A stretch of DNA of 64,000 nucleotides from Gracilinanus agilis (taxonomy: Eukaryota), in assembly GCF_016433145.1 (NCBI RefSeq), contig NC_058132.1, forward strand, positions 254,006,224-254,070,223, read 5' to 3'. Positions 49,955 through 63,408 of this stretch are shown here, in pieces (the first letter of the stretch is position 1; every line of letters starts with the position of its first letter). The notes under the pieces are model-generated. The model did not search any database and had not been told where the DNA came from. It worked only from the letters and a program-made list of their open reading frames with translations. A program made the translations under genes and the position numbers.

Positions 49955-50837
49955 GTATGTGTCTCTGTTCCCCATGTGGCATTTTAAAAATAATTTCTGT
50001 TTTTCAAGAGAAAGGAAAGCATTTAGGTGTGATAGTTGGTGAAAATATAACTAAAAGCAAGCAGATAGAAGAATCACGTGACAAATATCCTTCATAAATT
50101 ACTGTTATTGCTTTATATGCAGTTTTTCTTAATTGAGCATGAAATCACCTAAGATTCTTCCATGTAACCAGCCCTATAGAATTATTGGGGACTGATACAG
50201 TCCACTTAACTTGGGGTAGATTAGCTCAGTTGATAGGAATTCTACCATGTTTTCTTTGTTCTTTTTAGTTTATCTTGTGATTTTGGTTACATGGCCCTGA
50301 GCAACTCATAGCCTTACCCATGCCTCATCTTATATATAAGATGGTTCAATAGTACTTTATATTCATACTTGAATGGGTCCATATAAATGTCTAAATTAAG
50401 ATACCCACTAAATGGTAAGTCAGAGAAGTATTATATTTTCATGTTTTTTTGTGTCAGGTTGGCTTTCTCTATGGATATCAGAGACTTTCAGTTTCAAGGA
50501 TTATTTTATTTTCACTTACTACATAAGTGACCTTTGGCAAATCATTTAGGCTTTTTGCTTTCAAATTCCTCATCTAGAAAATTGAGAGTAATGGTCTAGA
50601 TGATATTAAAAATCACTTCTAGTTAGAGATCCCATGATCTTATTTGGAAATCATGGACTGAGGAACCAAAACCCCCTTTCATGGTAAGAAAAAGCACACA
50701 AAAAAAACCAATGGGCAAACAAGCCTCAGAAGAAGTCATATTTAGGAGTGGGATAAAAGCAGTGGTTGGGCATAGGAGTTGAGTGAGATAGTGGAAAAAA
50801 TGTTTTCTGAGTTCTCATGCAATCTCATTCATTTTAG

Positions 50838-51127
50838 GCAGAAGATCGAACGCTCCTCCCTGACCGGGGCAAACAGGGAGGTCATTGTCAGCACGGCGAT
50901 CCATCCCTTTGCCATGACCGTCTATGACCAGCATATTTACTGGACTGACTTGAGCACAAAAGCTATCTATAGAGCCAACAAATATGATGGTTCAGAACAG
51001 ATCGTAATGATCAGGAATTTGCCCCTGCAGCCAAAGGACATTCACGTTCTAGTGAAGAGTAGGCAGCGGCAGTGCCCCAACCCCTGTAGCCAGTTTAATG
51101 GGGGATGCAGCCATATCTGTGTACCAG
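50838..51127 (+). CDS. LRP2: LRP2 exon ~42 (290 nt), end of propeller 6, start of EGF
   Basis: ttttag|G CAG AAG...CCA G|gtaagg; [15 protein letters not shown]...[10 protein letters not shown]. Confidence 0.96.
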
Positions 51128-51585
51128 GTAAGGCATTGCCACGGATCATAAAAATAGTCATAGGTAGAGACATGTGCAGGAGGAAAGAAATACGTTACAA
51201 CGCATGAGGAAGAGATTAGAAATCTTTGACGAAGATATAATAATAGAGGCTGCTTCAGAACTCAGAATTCTCTAGTTGGGCCATATCTGCACTGCTGGCA
51301 CTTTTATACTTTGATCCCACGTGGATCCTTCTAGGGTTGCAAGTAAGCAACTCATGTTTCAGTTTAATTCAGGTAATGGATAGATGACAAACAAGATGTG
51401 ATGTTGAGCTTTGGAATTTTATGATTGAAGGAACATGCTATGTGGTTGGAAGAATGCTGGATTTTGGGTCAGAGTAGCCACATCAAATTCTGGTTCTTCC
51501 ACCTACTACCTGGGCCTCCTGGGCAAGTCACTTAATATTTCTACAATTCAGTTTCCTATCTATAAAATAAGTTATTGGTCCAGAT

Positions 51586-51921
51586 CAGAGGTGTCAAAAT
51601 CAAATAGAAACAGATCCTTGCTGGCCTCTTATTGACTTAGAAAGCCAAAAATTAACATAATTAATTAATCTATTAATTAATAACACAATTCATCAACCAA
51701 CCAACAAAGTAATTGATAATTTATTAATGCAACTAATGCAACCAATCATTAACTAATAAATATTCATTGATTAATAATTTATTAATTAATGTGATTAAAT
51801 AATATAATAATAACATTATTGTATTGTAATATATTTTTATTTATTTTATTAACATTTAACAATTACTTTTTTCATCTGGTTCTTCTCAGACTGAAAGTTT
51901 TTCATGCTGCTTGCTGTCTCT
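51586..51921. mobile_element. hAT-like MITE with internal AT-rich expansion
   Basis: cagaggtgtcaaaatcaaatagaaa start matches the reverse complement of the 25100 end; right end degenerate. Confidence 0.45.
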
Positions 51922-52418
51922 GAGTCAGGAATTTGTGGATTAAATGACCTCTTAAATTTTCTTCCACTTTGAATCTATGATATGATTAACATTTTCAATA
52001 TGGGCAAAAGCCAAGCTATCTGTCCCTAGCAAAAAGATATGACTCATTTGCTTTAAGGAATGAAATCTCTTATTTTATATATTTGCCATGCTACCTCGTA
52101 GTATGATATGATAAATCTTAATTTATTTTGTAAAGAATCATTTTGAGATCAGGACCTATAGTTTCATCAGTATGGGTTGATTCTTGGTGTTGAGACTTTG
52201 TCCCCTGATGCAAGATTGTTAACTTGCTTGAAATTTAGGTTAAGGCTAATATTAAGGGACCTGTCTAGGGTAACATAAACCAGTGTGTTTTAGAAGTAGG
52301 ATATGAACCATTATGCCTTTCCTTCTGCTTTACATTACTTTACAGATTGGGTATGTTTTGCAGAAAAAGGAGATTTATTAGGATTTCTAAATAAGGGAAG
52401 GCTGTTTCTTTAAAGATT

Positions 52419-52616
52419 TTTTTTAAACCCTTACCTTCCATCTTGGAGTCAATACTGTGTATTGGCTCCAAGGCAGAAGATTGGTAAGGGTAGTCAATGG
52501 GGGTCAAGTGACTTGCCCAGGGTCACACAGCTGGGAAGTGTCTGAGGTCAGATTTGAACCTAGGACCTCCTATCTCTAGACCTGGCTCTTAATCTACTGA
52601 GCTATCCAGCTGCCCC
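52419..52616 (-). mobile_element. Young SINE1_Mdo-like SINE with perfect 13-bp TSD
   Basis: TSD ttctttaaagatt at 52406-52418 and 52617-52629. Confidence 0.9.
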
Positions 52617-53556
52617 TTCTTTAAAGATTAAGGTGAACTACTTTTACTAAAAATGCTCTTTTATCATGAATAATAGCAATTCACATTTTTATGTAATGAT
52701 TCAAGTTTTACAAATTACTTTCCTTACAATAACCCTGTGAGGTGGTAGGAAAAATAATATTTTTTTTTCATTTTGTAGAAGTGAGGATCATAGATCTAGA
52801 GATGGAAAGGACCTTAAAGATTATCTGATCCAACCTCCATTTTTATTAGATGAAGAAACTGAGGCTGAGATAGGTTAAATGACTTATCCATGATTACCCA
52901 ATTGCTTCCTAGCTATCAGGAATTCAAACTTAGTTCTCTTTACATTAGTCTAAGGTTCTTTATATGCGAATAAAACGAATCAAAATGCAGGAAATTGTTA
53001 TTCTATTTAAGGTATGCAGACCTACTGAGACAGTAGGATACATAAGTGAAAGATCATTAGACTTGGAAATCTGAAGACCAAGAACTTTGACTTTGGGATC
53101 AGCAGACTTGGGTCTACATCTCAGTGCTGACACTAGCCATGTGACCAGATGTTTCCTTATCTGTAAAACAGGGATAAAAATATTTAGACTTCATACTTCA
53201 GAGTATTATGAGAAAAAATACCTTGTAAACCTTAGGACCATTGGATCACAGACATGCAGCTGGAGGAGACCAAGGAAGCCATGTAGTCCATTATTTTACA
53301 AATGAGGAAATCCATGCCCAGAGAGTTGAGTTCACACCAGTTGTACCTGGCAGAGGTGGGAGTGCAAACCCTGGTTCTTGGGGTCTGGGTACAGTACTCT
53401 TTTCACACTGACTCTGTATGCAAATTCAAATAATTAGTCTAGTGAAGTCCACTCTGATTACTTTGTGTGAGTGTTCATGCAAACGTGTTTTGGAATGGAA
53501 ATGGGAATCCTTTGGCATCCTTGTCTTTTATTTCTTTCTGGTCTAACTTTCTGCAG

Positions 53557-53760
53557 GTCCCAATGGTGCTGAGTGTCAGTGCCCATCTGGAGGACGCTGG
53601 TATTTAGCAAATAGCAACAAACACTGCATTACAGACAATGGGACAAGATGTGAAGGGGTACAGTTCACATGTCTCAATGGGCGATGCATCTCAGAGAGAT
53701 GGAAGTGTGACAATGACAATGACTGTGGGGATGGCAGCGATGAGTTGGAGAGTGTCTGTG
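53557..53760 (+). CDS. LRP2: LRP2 exon ~43 (204 nt), end of EGF + first LDL-A of cluster III
   Basis: ctgcag|GT CCC AAT...TGT G|gtaaga; [24 protein letters not shown]...[10 protein letters not shown]. Confidence 0.96.
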
Positions 53761-54378
53761 GTAAGACCCTTTTGTCCCTCTGCCAGGAAGGTAGCTTGCA
53801 GGAATTCTAAATGCTGGGATATGATAGCATTAGGAGGTTGAGTATCAAGATTTATTGTGCTGAGATATTAGATTTAGGATGGAAATGTTACTATTATATC
53901 TTTAGTACAGCCCTAAAGAATTTATATAATATGAGAGGCAAAACGTCCCCAGTGTTGCATTCCTTTGGGAATCTTTCTCTGGTTTCCATTTCCATCCTCA
54001 AGAATAATATGGTACATAAAATACAGATGGCTTTCTGTGAGTTGTGAGGTCAATGATTGTCTCCTTTTCTTCCTAAGAAAAGCTGCCTTCATACTGCTTG
54101 TTTTTCTGGGATTGAGATAGGTGTATCTTGAGAGGAATGATGGCAAAAGAAAGGGGAATAACTTCTTTTTATCCTACTTGATTTGGTTTTTAGGTAATAA
54201 TATTCCTAATTCAAGATGCTTTCTACTTTGCATATAACCTATTTTGCAGCAGTCTTTGTTCTGAAAGATAAACCCCAAAACTTTCAGTCAGACTTCTTTG
54301 AGTGCCTTTTTTTTCTTCTATAAACTAGGATGCTGCATTAGTGAATACATCCCTTGAATCTTTTCTCCTTCTCCCTAG

Positions 54379-54621
54379 CATTTCACACTTGCCAGCCAAC
54401 AGCCTTCACCTGTGGCAATGGGCGCTGTGTCCCTTACCATTATCGCTGTGATCACTACAATGACTGTGGAGACAATAGTGATGAGGCAGGATGCTTATTC
54501 CGAACTTGTGACTCCAACACAGAGTTTGCTTGCAACAATGGGAGGTGCATATCCCTGGACTATGTCTGCAATGGTATCAATAACTGCTATGATAATGGCA
54601 CCACAGATGAGAGGAACTGCC
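54379..54621 (+). CDS. LRP2: LRP2 exon ~44 (243 nt), two LDL-A repeats
   Basis: ccctag|CA TTT CAC...TGC C|gtaagt; [17 protein letters not shown]...TDERNC. Confidence 0.97.
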
Positions 54622-55090
54622 GTAAGTCCATCATAAACACCTGTGATGCTTGAGGATTTGGAATATTAGAATACATGAGATAAAACCAACTTCTCCCTAG
54701 TTATTGGACATAAGTATTGTTTATTGAATATTTTTTACACTTACGTCTTTTCTCCCTACCCTCTCCCCCACCTCCTTTCAATAGCATTCCTCCAATAGCG
54801 TCCCTAGCCACCTTTTCATTTTATGGAAGAGCAAATTGAGGTCTAGAGAAATGAAGTGACTTGTTTGAGGTTATACAAAGAGTTAATAGCAGAGCCAAGA
54901 TTAGCTCCATTTCTTATGCTGTTCTCTGTTCTTTCTGTTGTGATGGGTGTTGAGAAAACATCTTTTTAGATGAAGCAAGTTCTATAATTTGTTGTTACAA
55001 AAACATACAATTTTTGTTTTGTTGCATATTGTGGCTTAGTAGGCTGGAAGTGATCTAAATTTAGTCTTCTTTCCTTTTTAACATTTCAAG

Positions 55091-55216
55091 CTGATCGAAC
55101 TTGCCAGTCTGGATTTACAAAATGTCAGAACACAAATATTTGTATTCCTCGAACTTATCTTTGTGATGGAGATAATGATTGTGGAGATATGAGTGACGAG
55201 AGTCCCACTCATTGTG
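55091..55216 (+). CDS. LRP2: LRP2 exon ~45 (126 nt), LDL-A
   Basis: ttcaag|CT GAT CGA...TGT G|gtgagt; [42 protein letters not shown]. Confidence 0.96.
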
Positions 55217-56561
55217 GTGAGTTTTCAGTGTTTTATTCACATTCAATTTTGAGGGAGTTATGATTTATATTTCACAACATAATTGAAAGAATTAAATTTC
55301 ATTTTAGAATTGCCCATAAAATTGTCATCTTAGAAGTGGCTCCATTAGAAAATAGAGTGGAGCACTGCTTATGTGAAGACCAAAATTTTCCTTCCCTTCC
55401 CACATTCCCAAGTTTTCCTCCAGTGCCCTATCTTAGTGCCTCAGCTTCTACTATTTCACTTCTGAGATTCATTTCTCTAAGATTCAAAGGTATTATTGTT
55501 TTCAACTATCTCATATTAAAAGATAAAAATAATCCTAAAATCGATTCTTAAGAATTTTTGGTTTTTAAGAATTCTTTAGTAAAATACAAATACTCTTGAG
55601 AGTACCTTAAACCCCTTTAGTAAGCATTGAATTGACCACTGGTAAATGAGTAACTTTTTACATTTTATAAATGAATATATTTCTTTCTTTCTTTTTAAAA
55701 AATTCTTAGTAACAACTAACAGAGAATGACAAGGGGTAGGCAAATGGGGTTAAGTGATTTGTCAAGGGTCACACAGCTAGGAAGTATCTGAGGCTAATTT
55801 TGAAGCCAGGTCTTCCTTTATGCTAGCATATTTCTTGACAGATAGCAGCATCCACCAAACACTTTTTGATAAGAGTTTCCAGAAATAAAAATTATACATT
55901 TTGGTTAACCCAAGTTAGAAGGCCTTCTTTAAGCATCAATTATTCTTGAGAATAAAAATTTAAATAGATCTGTAATGTATAATTTCCTAATTAATCTGCC
56001 CTTCTGGTCAAAGTCTAAGTATAAAAGCACAAAAGTTCACAATGGAAGAATCACATAGATGAAGTGAATCAGGAATACAGGTACAAGTCGGGAGGAGACA
56101 GGATGAATACAGCTATTTTTGGTCTTTCTGCTGCCTTATTAATATCTCTCTGACCAATCACCCTATCTCATGGGTGGTATTGGGTCAAGAAATTGCTTCA
56201 GGTTGGAATAAGCCCTGCAAGTTCATTGATGCCCAGCTATAAAAATCAGGGCAGGTACTTACTATATCTGCCTAGCATCTGGGAGAAGAGACTCAGGAAA
56301 GGAATCTGAGTTAAGAGGCAAATATATATCTAGTTCAAGGGGTCTGTTATTTGAGAATGGATGAAAGGAGTGACTTGCCTACCCCCACTAGGCTTACAGC
56401 ATATATCGTAGCCTTCATATTTTTCCATTTTACCACCAACAGACATAGAAGTATATTAGAAGCTGTGTTGATATAATGATGTAGACAGACAGGGTGGGCA
56501 AAAATTCTGAGCAACAAGCTTGTGTTTCATTCATAGGTTTTATCTTCTCTCCTTCCTGTAG

Positions 56562-56681
56562 TCTCTCTGACTTGCACCAGCAATGAGTTCCGTTGTACAT
56601 CTGGGCGCTGTATTCCTGCTCACTGGTACTGTGATCAAGGAGTAGACTGTGCTGATGGCTCTGATGAACCTCTTTCTTGTG
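56562..56681 (+). CDS. LRP2: LRP2 exon ~46 (120 nt), LDL-A
   Basis: cctgtag|TC TCT CTG...TGT G|gtaaga; [40 protein letters not shown]. Confidence 0.96.
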
Positions 56682-58417
56682 GTAAGAAAGGAATCAAACT
56701 CAAAAAGTATTATGGGGAAGCATCCAGGTGGCTCAGTGGATTGAGAGCCAGGTCCAGAGATGGGAGGAGGGGGGAGTCTTGGTTTCAAACGTGGCCTCAG
56801 ACACTTCCTAGCCATGTGGCCCATTAAAAAGTCCTTTAATACCTAGTTTATCTATTTCCTCATTTGTAAAATGAGCTGGAGAAGGAAATGACAAACCACT
56901 CCAGTGTCTTGGCCAAAATTCCCTGAAAGGGGTTAGATATGACTGAAAAATGACTGATCAAGGACAGTCATCAAGACAGAATTTATAAATGTTCACTGTC
57001 TACAGGTTAAGAACCTCTGCTTTAGAAAGACTTCAATGGCTATTTCTCTTAGTTACAGTATTTGTGTGGCCAGTCTAAGGTTCTGGTACTTGAGGCTGCC
57101 TGCTAAGCTCTTTTTCTAACTCTGAAATGTTAACAGGAAGAAAAGAGAATTAGATTTGATGCCAGAAAACTTGGGTTTGAATCCTGACCACTTACTAATT
57201 TATTTACTGACAAATCATGTAACTTCTGAGCCTCTATTTGCTCATCTATTAAAATGGGAAAATAATACCTATTTTAGCCCTGTTTTAGACTTGTTGAGAG
57301 GTTCAAATGAAATAACATATGTGGGTGAAAAGTATGCTGTGCCACACAGATGCCATCTAGTCACAATTAATTGAAAAGGCAAATGAACAACATAAAGTCT
57401 GATTGCATTTTCCCAGACTCACTAGTAAATTCCTAAGGATGAGGAACTGTTTAGTTAAAAGAGATTTTACAGGCATGTCCCAAGAAATGTCTCTCTCTAC
57501 AAAGAGCTTTTTTTTATGTTGTTGTCCTACTCTTTGTGATCCTATTTGCTCTTTTCTTGGCAGAGACACTCGAGTGGTTTGACATTTTCTTTTCCAGCTC
57601 ATTTTGCAGATGAGGAAATGGAGGCAAATAAGGTTAAGTGGCTTGACCAAAATTACACAGATAATAAGAGTCCGAGGCCAGAATTGAGCTCAAGAAGATG
57701 AGACTTCATGACTCCAGGCCTGGCACTCTATCCACTGCATCATCCAGATACCCAACAAAGAGATTTATTCAACTGAACAATTTGTTCCTGGTTTTTTCCA
57801 TTCCATTTCCATTCTAGTTTGTCATTATAATTGTACTTTATCATCTTACTGAGATCAAAGGATATAATTTGGAATAATAATAATAGTAATAATAAAAATA
57901 TCAGTAATACTAGCAGGTGATATTTATATAGTACTTACTACGTGCCAGGCACTGTGCTAAGTATTTTACAAATTTCATCTCATCTGATCCTCATAACAAT
58001 TCTGTGAGGGAGATGATATTATTACAATCCCCATTTTGAGGTTGAGGAAACTGGGACAAATAGAGGACAAATGACTTCCTCAGGGTCACACGGCTAGTAA
58101 GTAAGGTGGGATTTGAACTCATATTTTTCTGACTTCAGGCCAACGACTCCATTCCCTGTGCATCTAGCTGTCCCTAATTCAGAGAGCAAGTTGATCTGAT
58201 GGCTTATCATCAAATTAGGTAACCTCAGAGGCAATAGAAAGTTAGGGAAGTACAATTGCATAATGAATAACACAGTTTTAGAGAATGAGAACTGACAGCC
58301 TAGTTTTGACACTCCTGTTTCCCAATGTTGGATCTATCAATGTCTACTTTTCTGAAGACTTCTAGAAACCAGACTTCTTTAATCTGATCTCACCAAGCAA
58401 AATTATTCATTTTGCAG

Positions 58418-58549
58418 TGTCTCACGCGAGGACTTGTTCAGCGGACCAATTCCGATGTGATGATGGCAGGTGTATCCCAAGCACATGGATCTGTGATGGT
58501 GACAATGACTGTGGGGATATGAGTGATGAGGATCAAAGACATAACTGTG
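58418..58549 (+). CDS. LRP2: LRP2 exon ~47 (132 nt), LDL-A
   Basis: ttgcag|TG TCT CAC...TGT G|gtatgt; [44 protein letters not shown]. Confidence 0.96.
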
Positions 58550-60379
58550 GTATGTAGACTAAATTTCATCCATTGCAGGGTTTTAGGCCCTGGAAATAAT
58601 GCTGAGTGGCCTTTTCATCTTTGGTCAGCTTGATGCTTAAGAGATATTTCTTTTTAATTGAATGAACGTGTCAGAATTTTGTCTTTGCATTTAATTCTAT
58701 AATTATTTGTGTGCTCTACTTAAATGCTTTAAAATAATTAAAAAAAGTAACCCTGAATTAATTTATCTCTGGTGCACTTAAGTCAGTGCAAGTAATTTCC
58801 TAAATGGAGGTGACTTAATAAGACATTAATTTCTAGAGCAGATAAAGACAACTCTGAGTCTTACTTTAGGAACAATATTGCCAATAAATCTGCAATTCAA
58901 AATTTCATCATTTGGCTTGAAGCTGTACTCTGTTGGGAGGGAAAAAAGGGAGGCTATTCCTTCTATGTGTCTCTGTTTCTAAATGAAAAGGCAGATTTTC
59001 CCATTGAATATCAAAAGAAAATTGGAATGCTGGTCATTAGGTCTCAAGAGAGTCCTATTCCAAAATAGAAAGTTCATAAGAGTGTTCACAGGGGTTCTGC
59101 AGGTCCAACAAAACCTATGAGTCCCTCTTGGGTAAAATTATTGGGGTCTATAGTTCAAATTCAGATGAGATAAAACTGAAGATGTTGGGCAGGGCCTGTG
59201 AAATGATCCTGGCATACTGTTTATTCAGTCTAAAGCAATCAACAACTAGAATGAATAAAATAACTTTATCTTTTTCTTTCTTGGAGATCAAGAAAACATG
59301 CTAAAAACTCCTTTTTTTCCTGTGAAGCCATTTGGTTTCAGAGTTTCCAACAGCTCTTGATTGGTGATAATTCTCCCACCTACTCTGCTTCTATGGGGAT
59401 TTTTGTTGTTATTCAGTTATTTCAACTTTTTGTGACTCCATTTATGGTTTTCTTGGCAGAGATACTAGAGTGGTTTGCCATTTCCTTCTCTAGCTGATTT
59501 TATAGATAAGGATACTGAGACAAAAAGGGTTGAGTGACTTACCCAGGATCACACAACTAGTAAGCATCTGAGGCCAGAGTTGAACTCAGGCCTTCTTGAC
59601 TCCAGCATGGCACTCTATCAATTGTGCCATCCATGTGCCCCACTTCTATGGGATACCTTATTATTTAATATTGTGCTGAAATATTTTGGGGTAAAGGAGT
59701 ATTTTGCTACAAATTTTGTAGATTATTTTGGAATGGAGTCATAGGGTTGCAAAAAGAACATAGACTTATAATAAGAAGACCTGGGTTTGAATCTCAGCTT
59801 TACTACTTCTAGCAGGCTTAAGTGATACAACAGATAAAGTTTTGGGCTTGGAGTCAAGAAGTTCAAATTCAACGTCATTTATTAGCTTTGTGATCCTGTG
59901 TCAAGACTCTTAACCTCTGTTTGCCTCAGTTTCTTCAACTTTAAAATGGGGATAATAATAACAACTACCTTGAAGAGTTGTAGTAAGGATAAAGTAAGGT
60001 AATACTTGCAAAACTGCTCAACATAATGGTTCGCACATAGTAGGTACAATACAAATTCTTATTCTTCCCTCCCCACCACCACTTTGTGTGATATGGGACA
60101 AATTACTTAATCTTGATTAACTTCAGGTTCTTTGGATATAACCATACTTTGACCCATCTAGGTCAATGTGGTCCATGAGATAGAGTGCTGAACTTAGAGG
60201 CAAGAAGGCTTGGGTTCAAATACTATTTTTGATGCTTATCAAATGGTTGATCATGAGTAAGGGACTTAATTTCATCTGCAAAATGATGATAATAAAACCT
60301 ATCCCCACTCATGGAGTTGTTATAAGGCTAAAATCCAATAATGTATGAAAAGTTCTTTGCATACTAGAAGGTATTATAT

Positions 60380-61690
60380 AGATATCATTACTACCTACTT
60401 TCTAGAGATATCATGAGCATTAAATGTAATCTAAGCAGTGTACTTTTCCATTTCTACTTTCATCCAGCCCCTCTTCTAACTCAAATGATCACTATCCTAA
60501 TCCAGGCCCTCATCACCTCATGCCTGGATTATTGCAGTAGCATCTTACTTGGATTCCCCATCTTAAATCTCCTGAATTCCAATCCACCTTCCTCATAGCT
60601 GCCATTAATTTTCCTAAGGCACAGGTAAAGTTATATTACAGTCCTACTCAGTAAACTCTAGTAGTTTGCTCTTGCCTTTAGGATCAAATAAATTCCTCTG
60701 TTTGGCCTTTAAAACTCTTCACAGCCAAGTCACAACCTAGTTTTCCCACCTTGTAATGCCTTTCTCTCTTTCCCAAAGTCTGTAGCCCAGACAGATTGAG
60801 ATTGATTTTATTGAACCTACAATGTTCCAATGCCTGTATCTGTGCCTTTTCAATGATTGTTCCCCCTGACTAGAATGAAGCAGTGGGTCGGGGGTTAGTT
60901 CTTCACCTCCACATCTAAAACTATTTTGCTTACTTCAAAAGGCAGTTGAATTTCTTCTTTCTACATGAAGCCTTTTCTGATCCCATCAACCATGAATGAC
61001 TCTCCCACCCCACATTATCTTGTATTCATTTTGATTATATAGTGCCTCTATAAGGTAGATGTTCTGTGCTCTTATATAGCAAAAGGTATGCTCTGCTTTC
61101 TTTTTTATTTATTTGAAAAATTTCATTTAATTAATTAATTTAGAATATTTTTCCATGGTCACATGATTCATGTTCTTTCCCTCCCTTCTTCCCTCCCTTC
61201 TCCTGTACCAATGAGCAATTCTGCTGGGTTTTGCTTTCTATCAGAGCTTACCGTGCTAGAATATAAGCTTCTTTTTTTTAAATTTAAAATTTTTTTATTT
61301 AATTAATTGAGAATATTCTTCCATGGTTGCATGATTCATGTTCTTTCCTTCTCTTCCTCCCTACCCTCTCCCAGAGCCAAAGAGCAATTCCATTGGGTTT
61401 TACATGTATCGTGTTCAAAACCCATTTCCGTATTATTCATATTTGCAGTACAGTGATCATTTAAAGTCAATATCCCCAATCCTATCCCTATTGAGTCACG
61501 TGATCAATCATATGTTTTTCTTCTGTGTTTCTAATCCCACAGTTCTTTCTCTTGATGTGGATAGTGTTCTTTCTCATGAGTAGAATGTAAGCTTCTTGAG
61601 GGCAATGATTTTTTCATTTTTAACTTTGTATCCTGAGTTCTAAGCATAGCCCTTGGCATTTTAAAGGAAGTTAATACATGTTTGTTGACT
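60380..61690 (+). mobile_element. L2 LINE 3' region interrupted by two L1 3' ends
   Basis: atccaggccctcatcacctcatgcctggattattgcagtagc L2 motif; terminal tagaatgtaagcttcttgagggca...gttgactga. Confidence 0.7.
61274..61580 (-). mobile_element. 5'-truncated L1 3' end with 17-bp TSD; a second shorter L1 3' end at ~61103-61231
   Basis: TSD tagaatataagcttctt (61257-61273) / tagaatgtaagcttctt (61581-61597); shared ttccatgg..catgattcatgttctttcc terminus. Confidence 0.85.
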
Positions 61691-62058
61691 GATGTAAAAT
61701 GTACAGCATAATTTTTAATTTTTTGTTAAATTAGAAATTGGGGATAAGGAATCTATCTAATGTATCCTTATCTGTTTTATCCACCTGGGCACTGCTTTGT
61801 CTGCAGTAGGTGCACAATAAATATTTATTGAGTGGAGTGAATAAATGAATAAAATGTGATAAATCACATCTTTCATTCAAGCAATTGAAAAGACATTTTT
61901 AAAAACTAATCTATAATTTCTATAGATTGTGTTTTGTCATCTTTTCTCCCATTTATATGAAATTTCTGCTACCTTAAGTCAAAGGGAAGAAGCAAACAAA
62001 TTGAATAGGAATAATTTTTCACAAGATATGTGATTGTCTGAATGTGCTTTGGTTTCAG

Positions 62059-62260
62059 CTGCCCGCAACTGCACCCGTTCTGAATTTACGTGTGTTAACA
62101 ACCGGCCTCCTCTCAGAAGGTGCATTCCCAGAGCCTGGATCTGTGACGGAGATGCAGATTGCAGTGATGCGTATGATGAACATCAGAATTGCACCAGGAG
62201 AAATTGCACGGAAAATGAATTCACCTGTAGCAATGGACTGTGCATCCGGAACTCTTACAG
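62059..62260 (+). CDS. LRP2: LRP2 exon ~48 (202 nt), LDL-A plus start of next
   Basis: tttcag|CT GCC CGC...TAC AG|gttggt; [24 protein letters not shown]...[12 protein letters not shown]. Confidence 0.96.
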
Positions 62261-62580
62261 GTTGGTTTTGGTTTTGGTATGAGATAAGCTTCAGTCAGAT
62301 CCTTTGTAATGCTGAGAAGTTCTTTTATTTTTCTTTGGATGATACACTATCATATTCCCCAATGAAACTGCTCTAAACTTTATTCATTATCTTCAAGTCT
62401 GGCTACCGTCCCTCCTACTTTTTGCAGATGTCCTCCTCGCCTTCTTCCCACTCTATGAATGGAGTTTAAGGCTATCAGACTCACTTTCCTCAACTTCTCT
62501 TTTCTGTGTCAGTCTCTCTACATGTCTTTTTCCATCCTCTCTTATAATGTCATCAATCTGATTCAGACTTTTATGACTTC

Positions 62581-63408
62581 TTTTATTTTTTTATTTTATT
62601 TTATAGAAATTTTTTTATTTTTAGAAAAATTTTCCATGGTTACATGATTTATGTTTTTACTTTCCCCTTCACCCCCTCAAACTCTCCCGCCACAGCCAAT
62701 GTGCATTTCTACTGGTTTTAACATGTCATCAATCAAGACTTATTCACATATTATTGATAGTTGCATTGGTGTGGTTGTTTCCGGTCTACATCCCCAATCA
62801 TGTCCTCATCAACCCAAGTGTTCAAGCAGTTGTTTTTCTTCTGTGTTTTCTCTTCTGTAGTTCTTCCTCTGAATGTGGGTAGTGTTTTTTTCCATAAATC
62901 CCTCAGAATAGTCCTGAGTCATTGCACTGCTGCTAGTACAGATGTCCATTACATTCGATTTTACCACAGTGTATCAGTCTCTGTGTACAATGTTCTTCTG
63001 GTTCAGCTCCTTTCACTCTGCATTAGTTCCTGGAGGTCTTTCCAGTTCACATGGAATTCCTCCAGTTTATTATTCCTTTGAGCACAGTAGTATTCCATCA
63101 CCAGCATATACCACAATTTGTTCAGCCATTCCTCAATCGAAGGGCATGCCCTCATTTTCCAGTTTTTTGCCACCACAAAAAGTGAGGCTATAAATATTTT
63201 TGTATAAGTCTGTTTATCTATGATCTCCTTGGGGTACAAACCCAGCAATGCTATGGCTGGATCAAAGGGTAGGCATTCTTTTATCACTCTTTGGGCATAA
63301 TTCCAAATTGCCATCCAGAATGGTTGGAACAGTTTACAACTCCACTAGCAATGCATTAATGTCCCAACTTTGCCACATCCCCTCCAACATTCATTACTCT
63401 CTCCTGCT
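62581..63408 (-). mobile_element. L1 fragment with ORF2 C-terminus and 3' UTR
   Basis: ORF 63003-63314(-) AIWNYAQR...PFDPAIALLGLYPKEI...WLNKLWYMLVMEYYCA and CWRGCGKVGTLMHC, L1 ORF2 Cys-rich motifs. Confidence 0.93.

Larger units (their letters stand above)
3366..62260 (+). other. LRP2: LRP2 (megalin) gene body, internal portion; 29 coding exons, gene continues beyond both window ends
   Basis: Spliced translation is colinear with megalin (YWTD propellers, EGF and LDL-A repeats in LRP2 order). Exon lengths match recalled human exons 20-48, except exon 39, which is 3 nt shorter. Confidence 0.98.
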
